Below are positions 10,828 to 23,300 of a DNA stretch of 64,000 nucleotides, piece after piece. Origin of the DNA: Entomortierella parvispora E1425 (lineage: Eukaryota; Fungi; Mortierellomycota). Numbering within the stretch: position 1 is the first letter of the stretch; each line of letters begins with the position of its first letter. The DNA lies in assembly GCA_020891255.1 (NCBI GenBank), contig BQFW01000003.1, forward strand, positions 1,302,001-1,366,000, read 5' to 3'. Made by a program: the position numbers and the translations under genes. The notes under the pieces were generated by a model. The model was not told the origin of the DNA. It saw only the letters and a list, made by a program, of their open reading frames with translations, and searched no databases.

Positions 10828-13800
10828 ATGGCTTCACTGACTGCACAGCCGCGCTTCCTGCGGTCTATCACCCTTGACAGGGCAGCCAAGTTCACCTCAC
10901 CAGACTATTTCCATGACATCAACCTCCACTCACGCCTCTACTCCAGACGCGCCACAAACGCCGTAGAGCTCGAGTTCTACTCTGTGCCAGACCTGAAGCG
11001 TATCCCCTTTGACAAAGCAGTCAAGCAGACATTCGCACCCGCGTCCCTTGGCATGTCCTTCGGCCCCAGCTGGGTAAATTTACCCATGATCCTGCCTATG
11101 CATTCTCATATCGTTCAAGACCGTGGGACTGAAAAGACGCCTTTCCTCACGACTGCATGATTGTACCCACTGCACCTTGTATTCGTACTATTGATAGAGT
11201 ACCCATTGGTTCAAGCTCAAGATCAAAATCCCAGACGATTGGGCTGGACAGCAGGTGGAGCTTCACTGGGACTCAAACAGTGAGGCTATGATCTGGTCTA
11301 CAGATGGGATCCCTAGGCAGGGTCTCACGGGTGATAGTAGGATGAACTACATGCTCTGTTTGTTTGTTAGCATGGCAGTTACACCGTCCACCTTACACAT
11401 TTACCTTGCCATGATGACTAGAGGGAAACGATCGACGCACCGAGTACCCGCTTGTCAAGAGTGCCAAAGGAGGAGAGACACTTCACCTGTATGTTGAGAT
11501 GGCCTGCAATGGCATGTTTGGAACTGGCAAGAACGGCGTGATCAACCCGCCAGAGGACAACAGGACCTTCCAGCTTGCAAAGGGTGAGTGATGTGAAATG
11601 TGATGACTAGTCACTTACTCAGACAGAAGCTGATTTTCTTGTGCACTTCGTTAGCGGAGATTGTCGTGCCAAACAAACCTGCTTGGGAGTTGTACTACGA
11701 TATGCAGGTGATCCTCGGTATGGCTAACGAGCTTGCCAATGACACTGCGCGCGCTCAAGAGGCTCTGTACACCTGCAACCAGGTGGTCGACAGCTACGAC
11801 AGATCTCACGGTGACAGTGCTATCCAAAAGTGTCTTGCGATAACAAAGGAGTTCTTGTCCAAGAAAGGTGCGCCTGAGGGTCATCGAGTTACCGCAGTAG
11901 GAAACTGGTAAGAAATGGGCCAGGTCTTCCTTGGTGATGACTGGTAGCTCTCAACACTAACCGTGAATATACATCTTAGTCACATCGACACAGCCTGGCT
12001 GTGGCCGTATGCAGAGACGCGACGAAAGACAGCCAGGAGCTGGAGCACTCAGTTGCGCCTCATCGAAGAGTACCCAGAGTACGTCTTTGTGTGCTCTCAA
12101 GCCCAGCAGTTGGAGTGGCTGGCTCAAGACTATCCAAAGTTGTTTGAAGAGGTGAAACAGGCTTCCAAAAAGGGTCGATTCCAAGTCATTGGCTCCACCT
12201 GGGTGGAGATGGATTGCAATCTTCCCAGCGGTGAAGGTCTCTGCCGGCAATTCCTCTATGGCCAGAGATTCTACGAGAAGAACTTTGGCTCGCGTTCCAG
12301 CATTTTCTGGCTTCCTGATACGTTTGGATATTCGGCCCAGGTAAGTCCCATATATCCACGTTGTCGTGGATACCCTGTAGGTGGACTGAAACTGTACTAA
12401 GAGATTGTCCTGTTTGAACCTTGAATAGCTCCCACAAATTGCCAGGCTAGCTGGGGCCAGGTACTTCTTTACCCAGAAGCTGTCATGGAACAATATTAAC
12501 AAGGTACAACAGGGAAATTGATAGGATATTGTTTGACATTGAGAAGGTGCAGGCGTCTGACATGCCCATCGTCTGTAGTTCCCCAATACAACTTTTAATT
12601 GGGTCGGACTTGATGGAACCAAGATTCTCACTCATATGGCGCCTTGTGAGTCGTAAGTACCAACAAGCATGCGGCGAGAAGACAAGTCTCTTGAAGGTGT
12701 CCTAATGATACCAACTACAATTATTTTGCTAGGTATAACGCGCAAGCTGATGTCGGTGATATGGTTCGAAGGTAAGATGAAAAAATCATGCACTTTAAAC
12801 ACTTTCGTGCACACAAGTCTAACATCATGTATTCTTTAGCATCAAGAACAATCGCGACCTGGCATTCAGTAACCAGAGCTTGATGCCTTATGGAAACGGA
12901 GACGGTGGTGGAGGACCTCAGCGAGCCATGTTGGAGCGAATTCGTCGTATGAAGGATGTCGTACGTACAACCATTCTTCCCAATTGATGCAAGCCAATGC
13001 ACGTCGTTTTAATATTCATTGATTCACTTCGTTTAGGATGGCCTACCTCGTTGTGAGATGGGAGGAGTAGAATCCTTCTTTGAAGATGTTGAACAGCACG
13101 CCAATGGATTGCAAGAGTGGAAGGGCGAGTTGGTAAAGAGAAAAAAACACCTGATCAGTCCCTTGTCTCTGAGTCAAAAAGAGCCGCATCCCTAATAATC
13201 TTTTTTCTAGTATTTCGAACTGCACCGCGGCACGTACACCTCCCAAGCGGCAATCAAGAGGTATAACCGAAAACTCGAGTTCTTGTTGAGAGAAGTCGAG
13301 ATCGCCTCTACGTTTTGCTTGGGTGTGGGTCGTGACCACCAGTACCCAAAGGCGGATCTGGACCTCCTCTGGAAGGACCTGTTGCTGTAAGTTACTAGTA
13401 ACTACTTACAAATGTATATTTTGGATTATGACTCACCGAAATATTCACGCTTTTAGCAATCAATTCCATGATGTTCTGCCTGGGTCATCTATTGAGTTGG
13501 CAAACATTGACGTCCGAGCTATCTACAGAGACGTTGAGAAGAAAGGTAAGAGATCAAGGCAGTCCCGATTAATGTACTTTTGGCTGTCGCTAATTTGCCG
13601 GTAATTCCATCTCTGGAATATAGGTCAACAGCTTCTAAATAACTGTCTGGACGCTCTTTACCAGACATCAGCTGCCGATGGCGAGACTGAAGGCCACGTC
13701 GTCTTCAACTCCCTTGGCTGGACTCGCTCCGAGATTATCGAGGTTCCAGTTTTGAAAAAAGTCGGCATGGGGCAATACTCTGATGAGAAGAACACTGGAT

Positions 13801-15461
13801 ACGCCCGAGGTTGGTTACTGGGGATAAGCCTTGCACTGGGAGAATGGGAAGATCCAAAAATGAATCGCAACACAGACTAAACACAAAGCATCTACTAACT
13901 TGAATAGTCGAGGCGAGTGCCTTCCAGTACCAGGACATCTCACATGACACATCGAACAAGGACACTGTGAAAGGTAAGGGATATGAAGGGCGATTTCTTT
14001 TTCAGTATATCGCATTCTTACAAACCAATGCAATCCCCATTAGGATCGTCAAATGGACTGGAAATTATCTTGGAGAATAGCTGGGTCAAAGCTACATTTG
14101 ACTTGCACGGTCGTCTTGTCAGTCTCTATGACCTGAACGAAATGCGAGAACTCATTCCCGAGGGACAGACTGGAAACAAGATGAAGTTGTATGAAGACAT
14201 TCCTCTCTACTGGGATGCCTGGGATGTTGAAATCTATCACATGAACACAGGAAGGAATGCTGGCCTTGGAAAGGCGCGTCTCAATGAGGTCGGACCCTTG
14301 CGCGCTTCCATCACTGTGGAGCACCCTCTTACAGAAACCAGTAGTGCTGTTCAGACTATTGTACTGACGGCCGCATCACCCCGTCTTGACTTCCACATGA
14401 CGGCAGACTGGCACGAGAGCAGGACTTTGTTGGTATGATACTCAAGTTGCGTAATTGCAAATGAAAAAAGTCGAGAATGCCACTAACACTCTCCAACGGA
14501 ACACTGACTCGCAAATAGAAAGTCGAGTTCATGTGGGACATCAACTCTGACTTTGCGACGTATGATTCTCAGTTTGGAGTGATTCAACGTCCAACAACTT
14601 ACAACACCAGCCACGACTATGCAAAGTTTGAAGTTTGCGGTCACAAGTTTGCTGATCTTTCTGAGCATGGATATGGAGTTGCGTTGCTCAACGACTGCAA
14701 GTTTGGATACTCAACCCATGGCAACACGATGCGTCTTTCTTTGCTTCGTTCGCCCAAGGCACCTGATCTGAACTGCGATATGGGTAAGAGTACAACTACA
14801 ACCGAGGACCGAGAAAAAAAAAAAGAGTTCACACATTAATTCTTTGAGATGCTCACTCTTCGCTGTATAGGACACCATGAGTTCTCGTTTGCTGTGCTAC
14901 CGCACAAGGGCACTTTCCATGAATCCAGTGTCGTACGAGAGTCTTACCAGTTCAATGTTCCTTTGTCCATTCGGTAAGGGACTTCATACACGGGCATCGA
15001 AGACATGCCACAAAATACTGAGTGTCGTCTAACAGCTTCCATGAATGACAATACGACTTGATAGACCCGTGTCAGGAAAAGCCTTAAAGGCACTGAGACC
15101 TGCGTCCTTGTTTGAGATTGAGGGGGCCAAGAACGTGATTTTGGATACAGTCAAGCGAGCAGAGGACTCTGACCACATCATTGTGCGTCTCCATGAGGCC
15201 TATGGTGGAAGAGCCATGTTCAAGCTGAAGAGGTAACAAAGAAAGGAAGAAAGAAAGGGGGAAAAAAGGGCAGGATCGGTATTGACATTTTTGAACTCTC
15301 AACTCTTGTTTGTTAGCGGCTTGAACATCCTATGTATCGAACGATGTAATATTCTGGAGGATAGTGATGCGGAAGTGGCCTTCAACGCGGAGGAGCAGGC
15401 CTCGGAATGGCTGGTGATGAGCGCGTTTGAGATCTTGACACTGAAGTTGAAAGTGAAGTGA
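10828..15461 (+). CDS. AMS1: GH38 alpha-mannosidase (Ams1/MAN2C1), highly multi-exon
   Basis: FGPSW|[104 protein letters not shown] and [10 protein letters not shown] lie in successive GT-AG-bounded exons; stop TGA at 15459-15461. Confidence 0.95.
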
Positions 15462-16134
15462 GTTAATTGTCCGTGAAGACACGTAAGGATGAAGGCAGAG
15501 AGTGAAAAAAGAAAAAGAAAAAAGAGGTCCTTCTTGTAGAAAGGACGCGTGAGTGTCCTATAGACACTTTCATATCTTGCCGTACCCTTTTTTTCAAAGA
15601 GACTGACAAGCTTGGTCTCTTTTCCTTTTGGCACAAAAAATAGATTGCAAGATTGGGTTTTTGTATAAGGCAGCGATGACAAACTGGAGGACTGATGGAG
15701 TTTTTTCATACATGGATCGCAATAAACTATGAACTTACCGAGAGTTCTTTATCTATCTCTCATCGTTATAAGTCTTGAGTGCCAGATCTGGCGGTACGTT
15801 CTCGGAGAATAGTATCATGTCCCCAAATTAGAATCAAGGTGGAGGATTTCGTTTTCTTTTTTAAAGCAGTAGCAGTACCGCTGCACACGTTCCAGTGCAT
15901 TCCCAAACATCCGCTGCATTCCTGGGTTCACGATTTTCACGCTGCCCTGCAGTGCACGCCATCTTGACCCCCAAGAGCAAGTGAGCATAGAAAGCTTTCC
16001 TCATGTTTAAGCCCTATAAAATCACCAGGAAGCGCTCTACCTCTTTCAGACCAGGGATCTTAAAATTCCTACCTTCTCTCTTCCACCTTCTACCGTCCTC
16101 ATATTGGCTTACTTTTCAACGCACAGTCATTATC

Positions 16135-16954
16135 ATGGTCAAATTCTCCTCCTTCTTTGCGGCCACTTCGGTGACCATGCTCCTTGGTTTTACTACAGCA
16201 GGAGTATTACCCATCTCGGACAATCAGCGGGCAGAACTCTTGGACGCTATTAATGCACTCCGTGTAAAGCACCAAGCCCAGCCTGTCGAGTGGAGTGAAC
16301 TACTGAGCGTGAACTCCCTTTTTACCTACATTCCCTATGCTTGCAAACACGACAATGACGAGGCTACGGTACAAAAACAAACGGAGAGAAAAACAAAGTG
16401 TCGTACGGTCAGAGCAATTCCAATTGACATTTCTCTCATGCCACGATTCAATAGGATGGATATACCTATGGACTTCTTGCTCCTAATTCACAGCCCACAG
16501 GTGGCCCTGCTGACATTATTGGAGAATGGGCTCGTCAAGAAGCATCCATGAACGTTACAGATGAGGCATCTCTTCGCCGTATGTTGATTTGTTGAGCGCG
16601 ATGTTGACGTGCAGGAGGAAAAAAAAATGGAAAAACTTGGTAAAGCCAGAGTGATGGCGTGAAACAACTTGACTCACCCATACTACTATCTTTTCTTTTC
16701 CCTTCATTCATGTGGCAGAGGCTCAGAATTTCGTAACCGTAGTATGGAAGCAGTCAAAATACGTCGAGTGTGCCTTAGCTTTATGTCTAAGACCGTACTT
16801 AAAGCTGAACAAAAACATCAAATATCGTGCAGTGGTCTGTCAATTTGCGCCTTCCGGCGCGAGAAGTTACAACAATCTGGAGGCTTTCAGGTTCAACGTT
16901 CTGCCAGAGGTGGAAGTCAAGGATCCCCATCCACCCGTTGGAAGCCCCGCGTGA
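16135..16954 (+). CDS. Secreted CAP/SCP/PR-1-like protein; exons 16135-16368, 16455-16578, 16719-16954; 197 aa
   Basis: Signal peptide (MVKFSSFFAATSVTMLLGFTTA), INALRVKHQAQPVEWS, IIGEW, FVTVVWKQSKYVECA..C, VVCQFAPSG..NVLP. TATAAA at 16015-16020. Splicing keeps the frame. Confidence 0.8.
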
Positions 16955-17165
16955 TTTTATTTTCTCCTCGCAAGTTGAAGCAATAAATTCATAGATATGA
17001 ATAAGTTTAAAGAAATCCTTGGTTGATCGATCTGAACATCTTACGACAACACCTGCGTGGGGAAAAAAAAAGCTTGCCTGTTCACCAGGGGTTACCAAGC
17101 AGAGCCCTTTTAACATTCCAAACTTGATCTCAACTCCTATAAAATGATGATCGAATGAACTGAAC

Positions 17166-17302
17166 CGAAGCACCAGTCATGATGCTGTTGACCACAGTGA
17201 GAACATGAGCTGCGAGAAGGGGTGAAGAGCGAGGCAATGGTCTGCTTAGCCGAGGGCTGGAAGGGCAAGTCCAAGGTCAAAGCAAAGCTGCCGTTCTGGA
17301 GC
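17166..17302 (-). pseudogene. Degenerate fragment copied from the giant repeat gene (source about 21265-21427)
   Basis: 17228-17302 matches 21353-21427 at 70/75 nt. It translates to LQNGSFALTLDLPFQPSAKQTIASL versus LQNGNIALTLDLPFQPAAKQIIASL. The match continues with a frameshift and a deletion of about 24 bp. Confidence 0.88.
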
Positions 17303-17311
17303 ATCCGTTGA

Positions 17312-17506
17312 AACGAACTGCATACAGGGACTATGATGGATGACGACTCGGATGCTTCAGGCGATGACTCGGAATATTTCTCTGACTCTGATTACTCTGG
17401 GGGTGAAGAGGGCATCAGCAATGAGGTCGACAAGCGTTTGGGTAGAGAAAAGAGAGACAGGATGAGGGTTTGGACTATTCGCGACGGAGTAACATTTGGT
17501 CTCTGA
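17312..17506 (+). mobile_element. Possible C-terminal remnant of a PIF/Harbinger-type transposase
   Basis: Short frame NELHTGTMMDDDSDASGDDSEYFSDSDYSGGEEGISNEVDKRLGREKRDRMRVW: an acidic tract followed by G-x-x-KR-x-R, convergent with the Myb-like gene. No catalytic DDE region is present. Confidence 0.3.
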
Positions 17507-18616
17507 GATCTTGCACTTGCTGCTGGAGATCTGTTTTCAGCTCGGCAGCCATATTATGATACCGTGTCCATGCCTGTTGAACGCGGGTCCATTCCTTGTC
17601 AATACGTTCCCTTTCTGCCTGTTTCTCTGTTTTGAAATCCATTTCACGTTGCTCCAGTGCCAGTTCCCGCTTGTGAAGCATCGCTGTGTGCTTAGCCTCG
17701 ATGTCATCTAGTCTCTTAATCAGAGCCTGCTCTCGATTTAACCATTCCTCCGATGCCGCTCCTAGTCTGTTGCCTCCTTTGCGACAGCTCCGCTCCAGTC
17801 TATTGAGAGTCTTCATAAGGTTCCGCCCAAGAATTGATGTGTCCTCTTTGCGTTGTTTGCCTTTTGATGCTGGTTGAGGTGCTATTGAGGAACAAATGTA
17901 ACAATGTAATGGTCAGTTCCTTTGCTCCATATCTCCACAACGATTCACCAGATAAACTCACGTATTGAACTGTCAGAATCAGAGCTCAGTGCACCTTCGA
18001 ACTCGTCGATAGTGCTGTCGTCCACCGCCGGAGATTCGTCGAGCTCGCTGTTCCTGACAATTTCTGGTCGTTGTGGCTGCTTTGGTGATGGCGCGTTTCT
18101 GTTCAGACTTCCGACATACACTTTGTGGAGCTTTTCATAGAAAGGGCACTCGTCCAACATGGCGTTCATTGGTGTAATTTCTTCTGTGTCTCCCCCGCCA
18201 GTGACAGTCGCCAACTTTCGAGCGGCATCATATTTTTTTTTGGTGTACGCGATTTTCGACTTCACTGCTACAGTGTCCCAGGTCGTGTTATGTTTTGAAT
18301 TGACGATCTCTGCAATCTCCTTGTGAAGGTCTGCTGGCCTGTGCCCAGCTGTTGGAGCCCCTCGATGTAGCCTCTCATGGTTGATCGGATCAGCGAGCCA
18401 ATCAATAAATGTGTCCATGCCTTCATTGGACCAGAACTTGCTCATTCCATCTGTTGATTCTGATGCAGCGCTTTTTCTTTTTTTTGCCGGCGGCTGAGAG
18501 CTTGGGTTTGATCCCGTGATCGAGGGATCTGGCGTCAGATCTACCACAGCAAAGGCTATAGGACGAGCTTGAATGTTACGTGGAGGCTTGGTCATCTCGG
18601 ATGGACCGACGTACAT
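17475..18616 (-). mobile_element. Myb/SANT-like (MADF/trihelix) DNA-binding protein with C-terminal coiled coil, resembling the PIF/Harbinger accessory ORF; exons 18616-17962, 17881-17475; about 353 aa
   Basis: NLS PPAKKRK; WSNEGMDTFIDWL..EIAEIVN..W..VKSKIAYTKKKY..TG-G..CPFYEKLH. An 80-bp intron (gtgagt..ctgac..tag) joins the two ORF-track pieces in frame. Confidence 0.65.
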
Positions 18617-19069
18617 ACAATGGATTGAAGGCAGCGAAGTTCGGAGGGACAGTCTGGTGTAGTATTTGATGCTGCGGGTGATGCTGCTGCAAGTGCTGAT
18701 ATTGAGGGTGAGGTTGTTGTGGGTATTGATGCTGCAAATATTGATGCTGTTGCTGTGGATGCAACCAGATTAACGGCTGGGTTGTAGAATCTCGGGGGAG
18801 AGCGATGTAAGAAAGAAAGGGAAAGATGGAGAGGCGGAGTTCTTGCTTGACGACCCGTGCGCCCTTGTCCTGACAGTGGTTGGGCACAAGAAATTTTTCA
18901 ATGTTCGAAAGAACTCTAGTTATCTTTCACGCGATTCAAATACATTTCAAGTAAGCCGATGATCTACACGGCGAATGTCCTTGGGCCCGTTTTATTGTGA
19001 AGCAACATTCTTCTTTGTCAGGGATTCCCTGGACGGTAGCATCGGCACTAGCGTCACATCTAACTGTAC

Positions 19070-19932
19070 AATCTCCTAGGAGGACAGTAGTATTTTCACA
19101 AACTAGAATTTTTTTAAAAGGTTTGTTTTTTTTAAAGCAGCAGTGCTGCACACGTTCCAAAGCGCTCCCAAACATCCGCTGCATGCCCACGATGCAGTGA
19201 ACAACCATGTTGATCCCAAATACAGAAAGAGCACAGCAGCTTCACGTCTAAACCTATAAAGTAACCCGGGCATTTCCAAATTTTTTTCTTTCGCATCAAG
19301 CATCTTGTGCTTTTACTCCTCTTACCTGGACTGGAAACCGAGACCTGTAGTCCTTTAAATACCTTAGAAAAGCTTGCCTAGGCATATCTCTAAGATGCCT
19401 GAGGTACCAAAAAAATAAAAAAATAAATAAAAAGAATTCTTTGGTCAAAACGATGTCAACTGACATTTCTCGAATGCGACGATTCAATAGAACTGGGCCG
19501 ACTTCCACACTGTTGCTATGAACCTTTCAGCCTCTGAAAATGAAGTGGGTGTGTATTTTTTTTTTTTTTTTTTTTTTTGGCAAAATCAACGTACTGCGAG
19601 GGGAGGCCACGTCTGTAAGGTCCAAAGACTTCCTTTCAGCAGCCCTGTTTGAAATAATGTCAGTATCGGGACTGTTAGAGGGGATGAGTCCAAAGGCGGC
19701 TCCATCCTCGTTGGGTGTTCATCCAAGGCATGTGGCAAAGCGGATGCCAACGGCAACACATTTAGAGCTATGGCCTGTCAGTTTTGGCCTTCAAGCTCAA
19801 TCCAATACAATGACCTGGAGGCTTTCAAAGCCAACGTTTTGCCAGAGGCTTAAACATCGCTTTCATTTGTTGGATACCTCTCGTCAAATTTATTTTTCAT
19901 CAAGTTGAAGTAAAGAACATAGTAGATGTGAA
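19070..19932 (+). pseudogene. Degenerate tandem paralog of the CAP gene, including its promoter and 3' flank
   Basis: Promoter block gctgcacacgttcca..cccaaacatccgctgcat and TATAAA (19255) are shared with 15880-16020. The intron end (cgattcaatag) and last exon (VGCSSKAC..MACQFWPS..YNDLEAFKANVLPEA*) are shared. The start codon and signal-peptide region are missing, and there is an in-frame TAG and a frameshift. Confidence 0.8.
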
Positions 19933-20355
19933 CGTTGGAGAGCCTGCCACAATTGTAACAATGAGAAGCAATATCCCCGCTTGGAGTGAACGCCTTTATG
20001 ACGCTAGCTGTTCGAGCTCTTGGTTTGGTGGTGGGAAAAAAGTCGTTTCTTTATCTACCGTGATGATTGTCTGCAACACAATTAAACACTTTTGCCTTTT
20101 TTTTTTTTCCCTCTCTGATGATGGGGAGGATCGATTGATAAAGAGAAGAATTATATTTTCGCTGCGGTAGCAACTAAAGACTAGATAAACGCGTTCATAT
20201 ACATTTTTGGATGGGTCGTAGGAGGATAGAAGAGAGAAACAAAAAGCAGCTGACTTCTTCAGTCGAGTTATATTCGTTAAAATGGCGATGGGAAGGAAAG
20301 AAGAAAGGACAACGAGGAGCAAGGGGGATAGACGGAGAGGGAGGGGGGATCAGAT

Positions 20356-23300
20356 CTAAATGGAGAAGCTGAGGTTCTTGAGGGCGCTGACAAGGATGGG
20401 CAACAGGTTCTGGAACACAGTCTGGGGTACACCGTTGAGGGCATTCTCCAACCAAGGCATGGGCTGACCGGCCGAGGTGCGCATATTGAACACAAACTTG
20501 AAATCGCCGGGATGGAACAAGAGAGCGTTGATGATGCTGAGGACTTGCAAGATGCTGAACTTCAAGGAGGCGTTCAAGGAGATCTGGTTGTTGCCTCCGC
20601 TCTGGTTGACGTTGTTCAAGTGAATAGGTCCTCCCAAGGAGGTGACCTCGACCACAGTCGTCGTCTGCTCCATGATCAAGATATCCACCGTACCCATGTC
20701 GACCTGAAGAGGACCGTGGTTGACAAACTGGGCGGCGAAATCCATGCCCAGGGGCGACAAGTGAAGCTGGAGCTCGTTCAAGGGGATGTTGATCGGCGAC
20801 CACAAGGTGATCGAAGGAGGCGTAATCGTCAATCCCTGGAGGGCCGTGAAAGCACCCAAGGTCACTCCACCGATGGTCACATCCTGCATGGCGTTCTTCC
20901 AGGTCAAGGCGTTGGGCAAGATGCCGTTCATGGCAGTGCCGAAAGCGGGCTCAATCACGTTGATGTTGGCACCCAAAGACCAAGGAGACTGCGCGAGGGA
21001 CATGCCAGTGGCCTGGATGGCTACGAAGGGCATGCCCTGGTATGCGGCCGAGAGCGAGATGCCAAACTTCATGTTCAGAGGAACCGTCAGAGGGATACCA
21101 GGGACAGCGATCGTAGCCTGGATACCGGTGGTGGTCAAGACGGTGTTCATGTCGGTGACGTGCAGAGGGTTATGGGCATTAATGTACGCCTGGGCCTTCT
21201 GGAAGACCGAGTTCAACTGAATCTCCAATCCAATCTTGGAAGCGATATCAAAGGCCTGGCTGGCGGAAGCACCAAAGATGATGCTGTTAACCACAATCGA
21301 GCCAGGGACCGTACCCACAGTCGAGAACATAAGCTGCGAGACAGGGGTCGAGAGCGAGGCAATGATCTGCTTGGCCGCGGGCTGGAAGGGCAAGTCCAAG
21401 GTCAAAGCAATGTTGCCGTTCTGGAGCTGGAAGTTGTTGATCGTGGGCGCGATGAAGCTAGCACCGCCGGCAGAGATCTGAAGTCCGACATAGGGCATCT
21501 CCACTGAGATCTTGGATCCAATACCACCGATCGAGGCAGCCAAGGCAATCGAAAGATCGTTGGCACCAGGGGCGCTGACATCTAACTGGCTGATAGAGAA
21601 GGCAGGGGCAGCAGTGGTGCTGTTGCCGCCAGTGATGCCACCGACGATGCCAGTCAACTTCTGGATATAAGGAGCCAAAGCAACCGAGACCTGGACCTTG
21701 TCCAAGATGTGGAAGACGCTTCCGGCAGAGCCTCCAAAGGCAATGTTGGAGACGACCAAGTTGACACTGTCAGAACCACCGTTGCCCATAACCTGGGAAG
21801 CGATGGCGGCGACCTTGGCCTGGATATCAGAACCACTGGCAAGGTTGACGAGCGAGTTGACCTTGAGGTCAATCTGGTTGTTACCGGAAGACAAGGTAAT
21901 GCCAGGGACGCTGATGGTGGCCAAGGGAGTGGTGTCCAAGAAGGCGCTGATGCTGACATAGTTCAACAACAACTGGGCGTTGAAAGAGTAGCCCAACAAG
22001 GCAACGTCGATATCGGCACCGATGCTAGGAGGGTTCTTCATGTTGATGTCAGCACTCTCGAGGGAAATGGCGTTCAAGAGCGAGGATGTGTTGGTGGCGC
22101 CGGTGGAAGGAACCAAGGACAAGATCTTGGAAATGGGGATGGGGATCTGGACACCCTGAAGGATCTTGAAGACGTTGCTCTGGCTGGGACCGAAACCAAT
22201 GCCCGAGATCATGATGGTACCCTGAGGAGCCTGACCAGCAACAACGGCGTTGACAAGGCCAGCGACCAAGGTCTCGGAAGCATCGGTCTCCAGAAGAGTG
22301 ATGTCGACATGGGTGCCAATAGTCAAGTCAGCACCGTTCTGGCCAAGGACCAGCTTGGGGATAGAAACTTGAACCAAAGGAACGCTGTTGATGGCGATAT
22401 CCAATCCGAGGTAACCAACGCTCAACTTGGCAGGCAAAGCCAGGTTCTTGATGTCGACGTTGGCATCAATACCAATGACGGGCGCCTGGTTCAAGTTGAT
22501 GGCAAGACCCGAAAGACCAATTCCGTTCAAGAGCGAACCAGCTCCGCTCAACATGCCACCGATCTTGGCAATGTAAGGAGTGACGTTGATGGGGATCACA
22601 ACGTCCTGGAGGATCGTGAAAAAGTTGGTGGAGGAAGCACCGAAGACAGCGCCAGAAATCTGGAGATCAGTCTCGGGCAAGGTCTGGTTGCTAAGAACGG
22701 CGCCGATCAAGCCCGAGATGGCCTTGGAAAGGTTGTCGCTGGCCATCAAAGTCAAGTCAACGTGGACCGTAAGGGCCAAGTCGTTGCCCTGGGGAGCCAT
22801 GGTGAAGGTGGGGATGGCAACAGAGGCCAAGGGGATGCCAGAGATGGCGGCGTTGGCACCGACATAGTTCAACTTGATCTGAGCAGGCAAGGAAACGTTG
22901 CGGACAAGGACCGAAGCATCGATACCGACAACCTGAGGAGCGTTCAAGTCCACAGCAAGGTTCGAGATCGAGATGCCGTTCAAGATCGAGCCCGAGCCAG
23001 CAAGGAGAGCAGGGATCTTGTTCAAGTAGGCAGTGACATCCAAAGGAATCTTGACGCCCTGCAAGAACGTGAAGACATCGGTAGAGGAACCTCCGAAGGC
23101 GGCACCAGAGATCACCAATTGGGTCGAAGGCAGAGCCTTGCCACCAACAATAGCCTGGACGAGTCCGTTGACAGTCTGGGACAAGGCAGCGCTCTCTTGG
23201 ATGGCCAAGTTGATGTGGAGGGCAATGTTGAGGTCACCATTGCTGGGAGTCATGCTGAACGATGGAATGCCAAGCTGGACAAGAGGGACCTGACCGATGG

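Noticed and set aside
11585-11652. TGATGA...CTGA in an AMS1 intron as a C/D snoRNA
   Set aside because: The boxes are only about 30 nt apart, too short, and there is no terminal stem.
18983-18992. GGGCCCGTTT, resembling a plant PIF terminal inverted repeat
   Set aside because: Wrong orientation to close the Myb-containing segment, no partner repeat found and no TWA target-site duplication.
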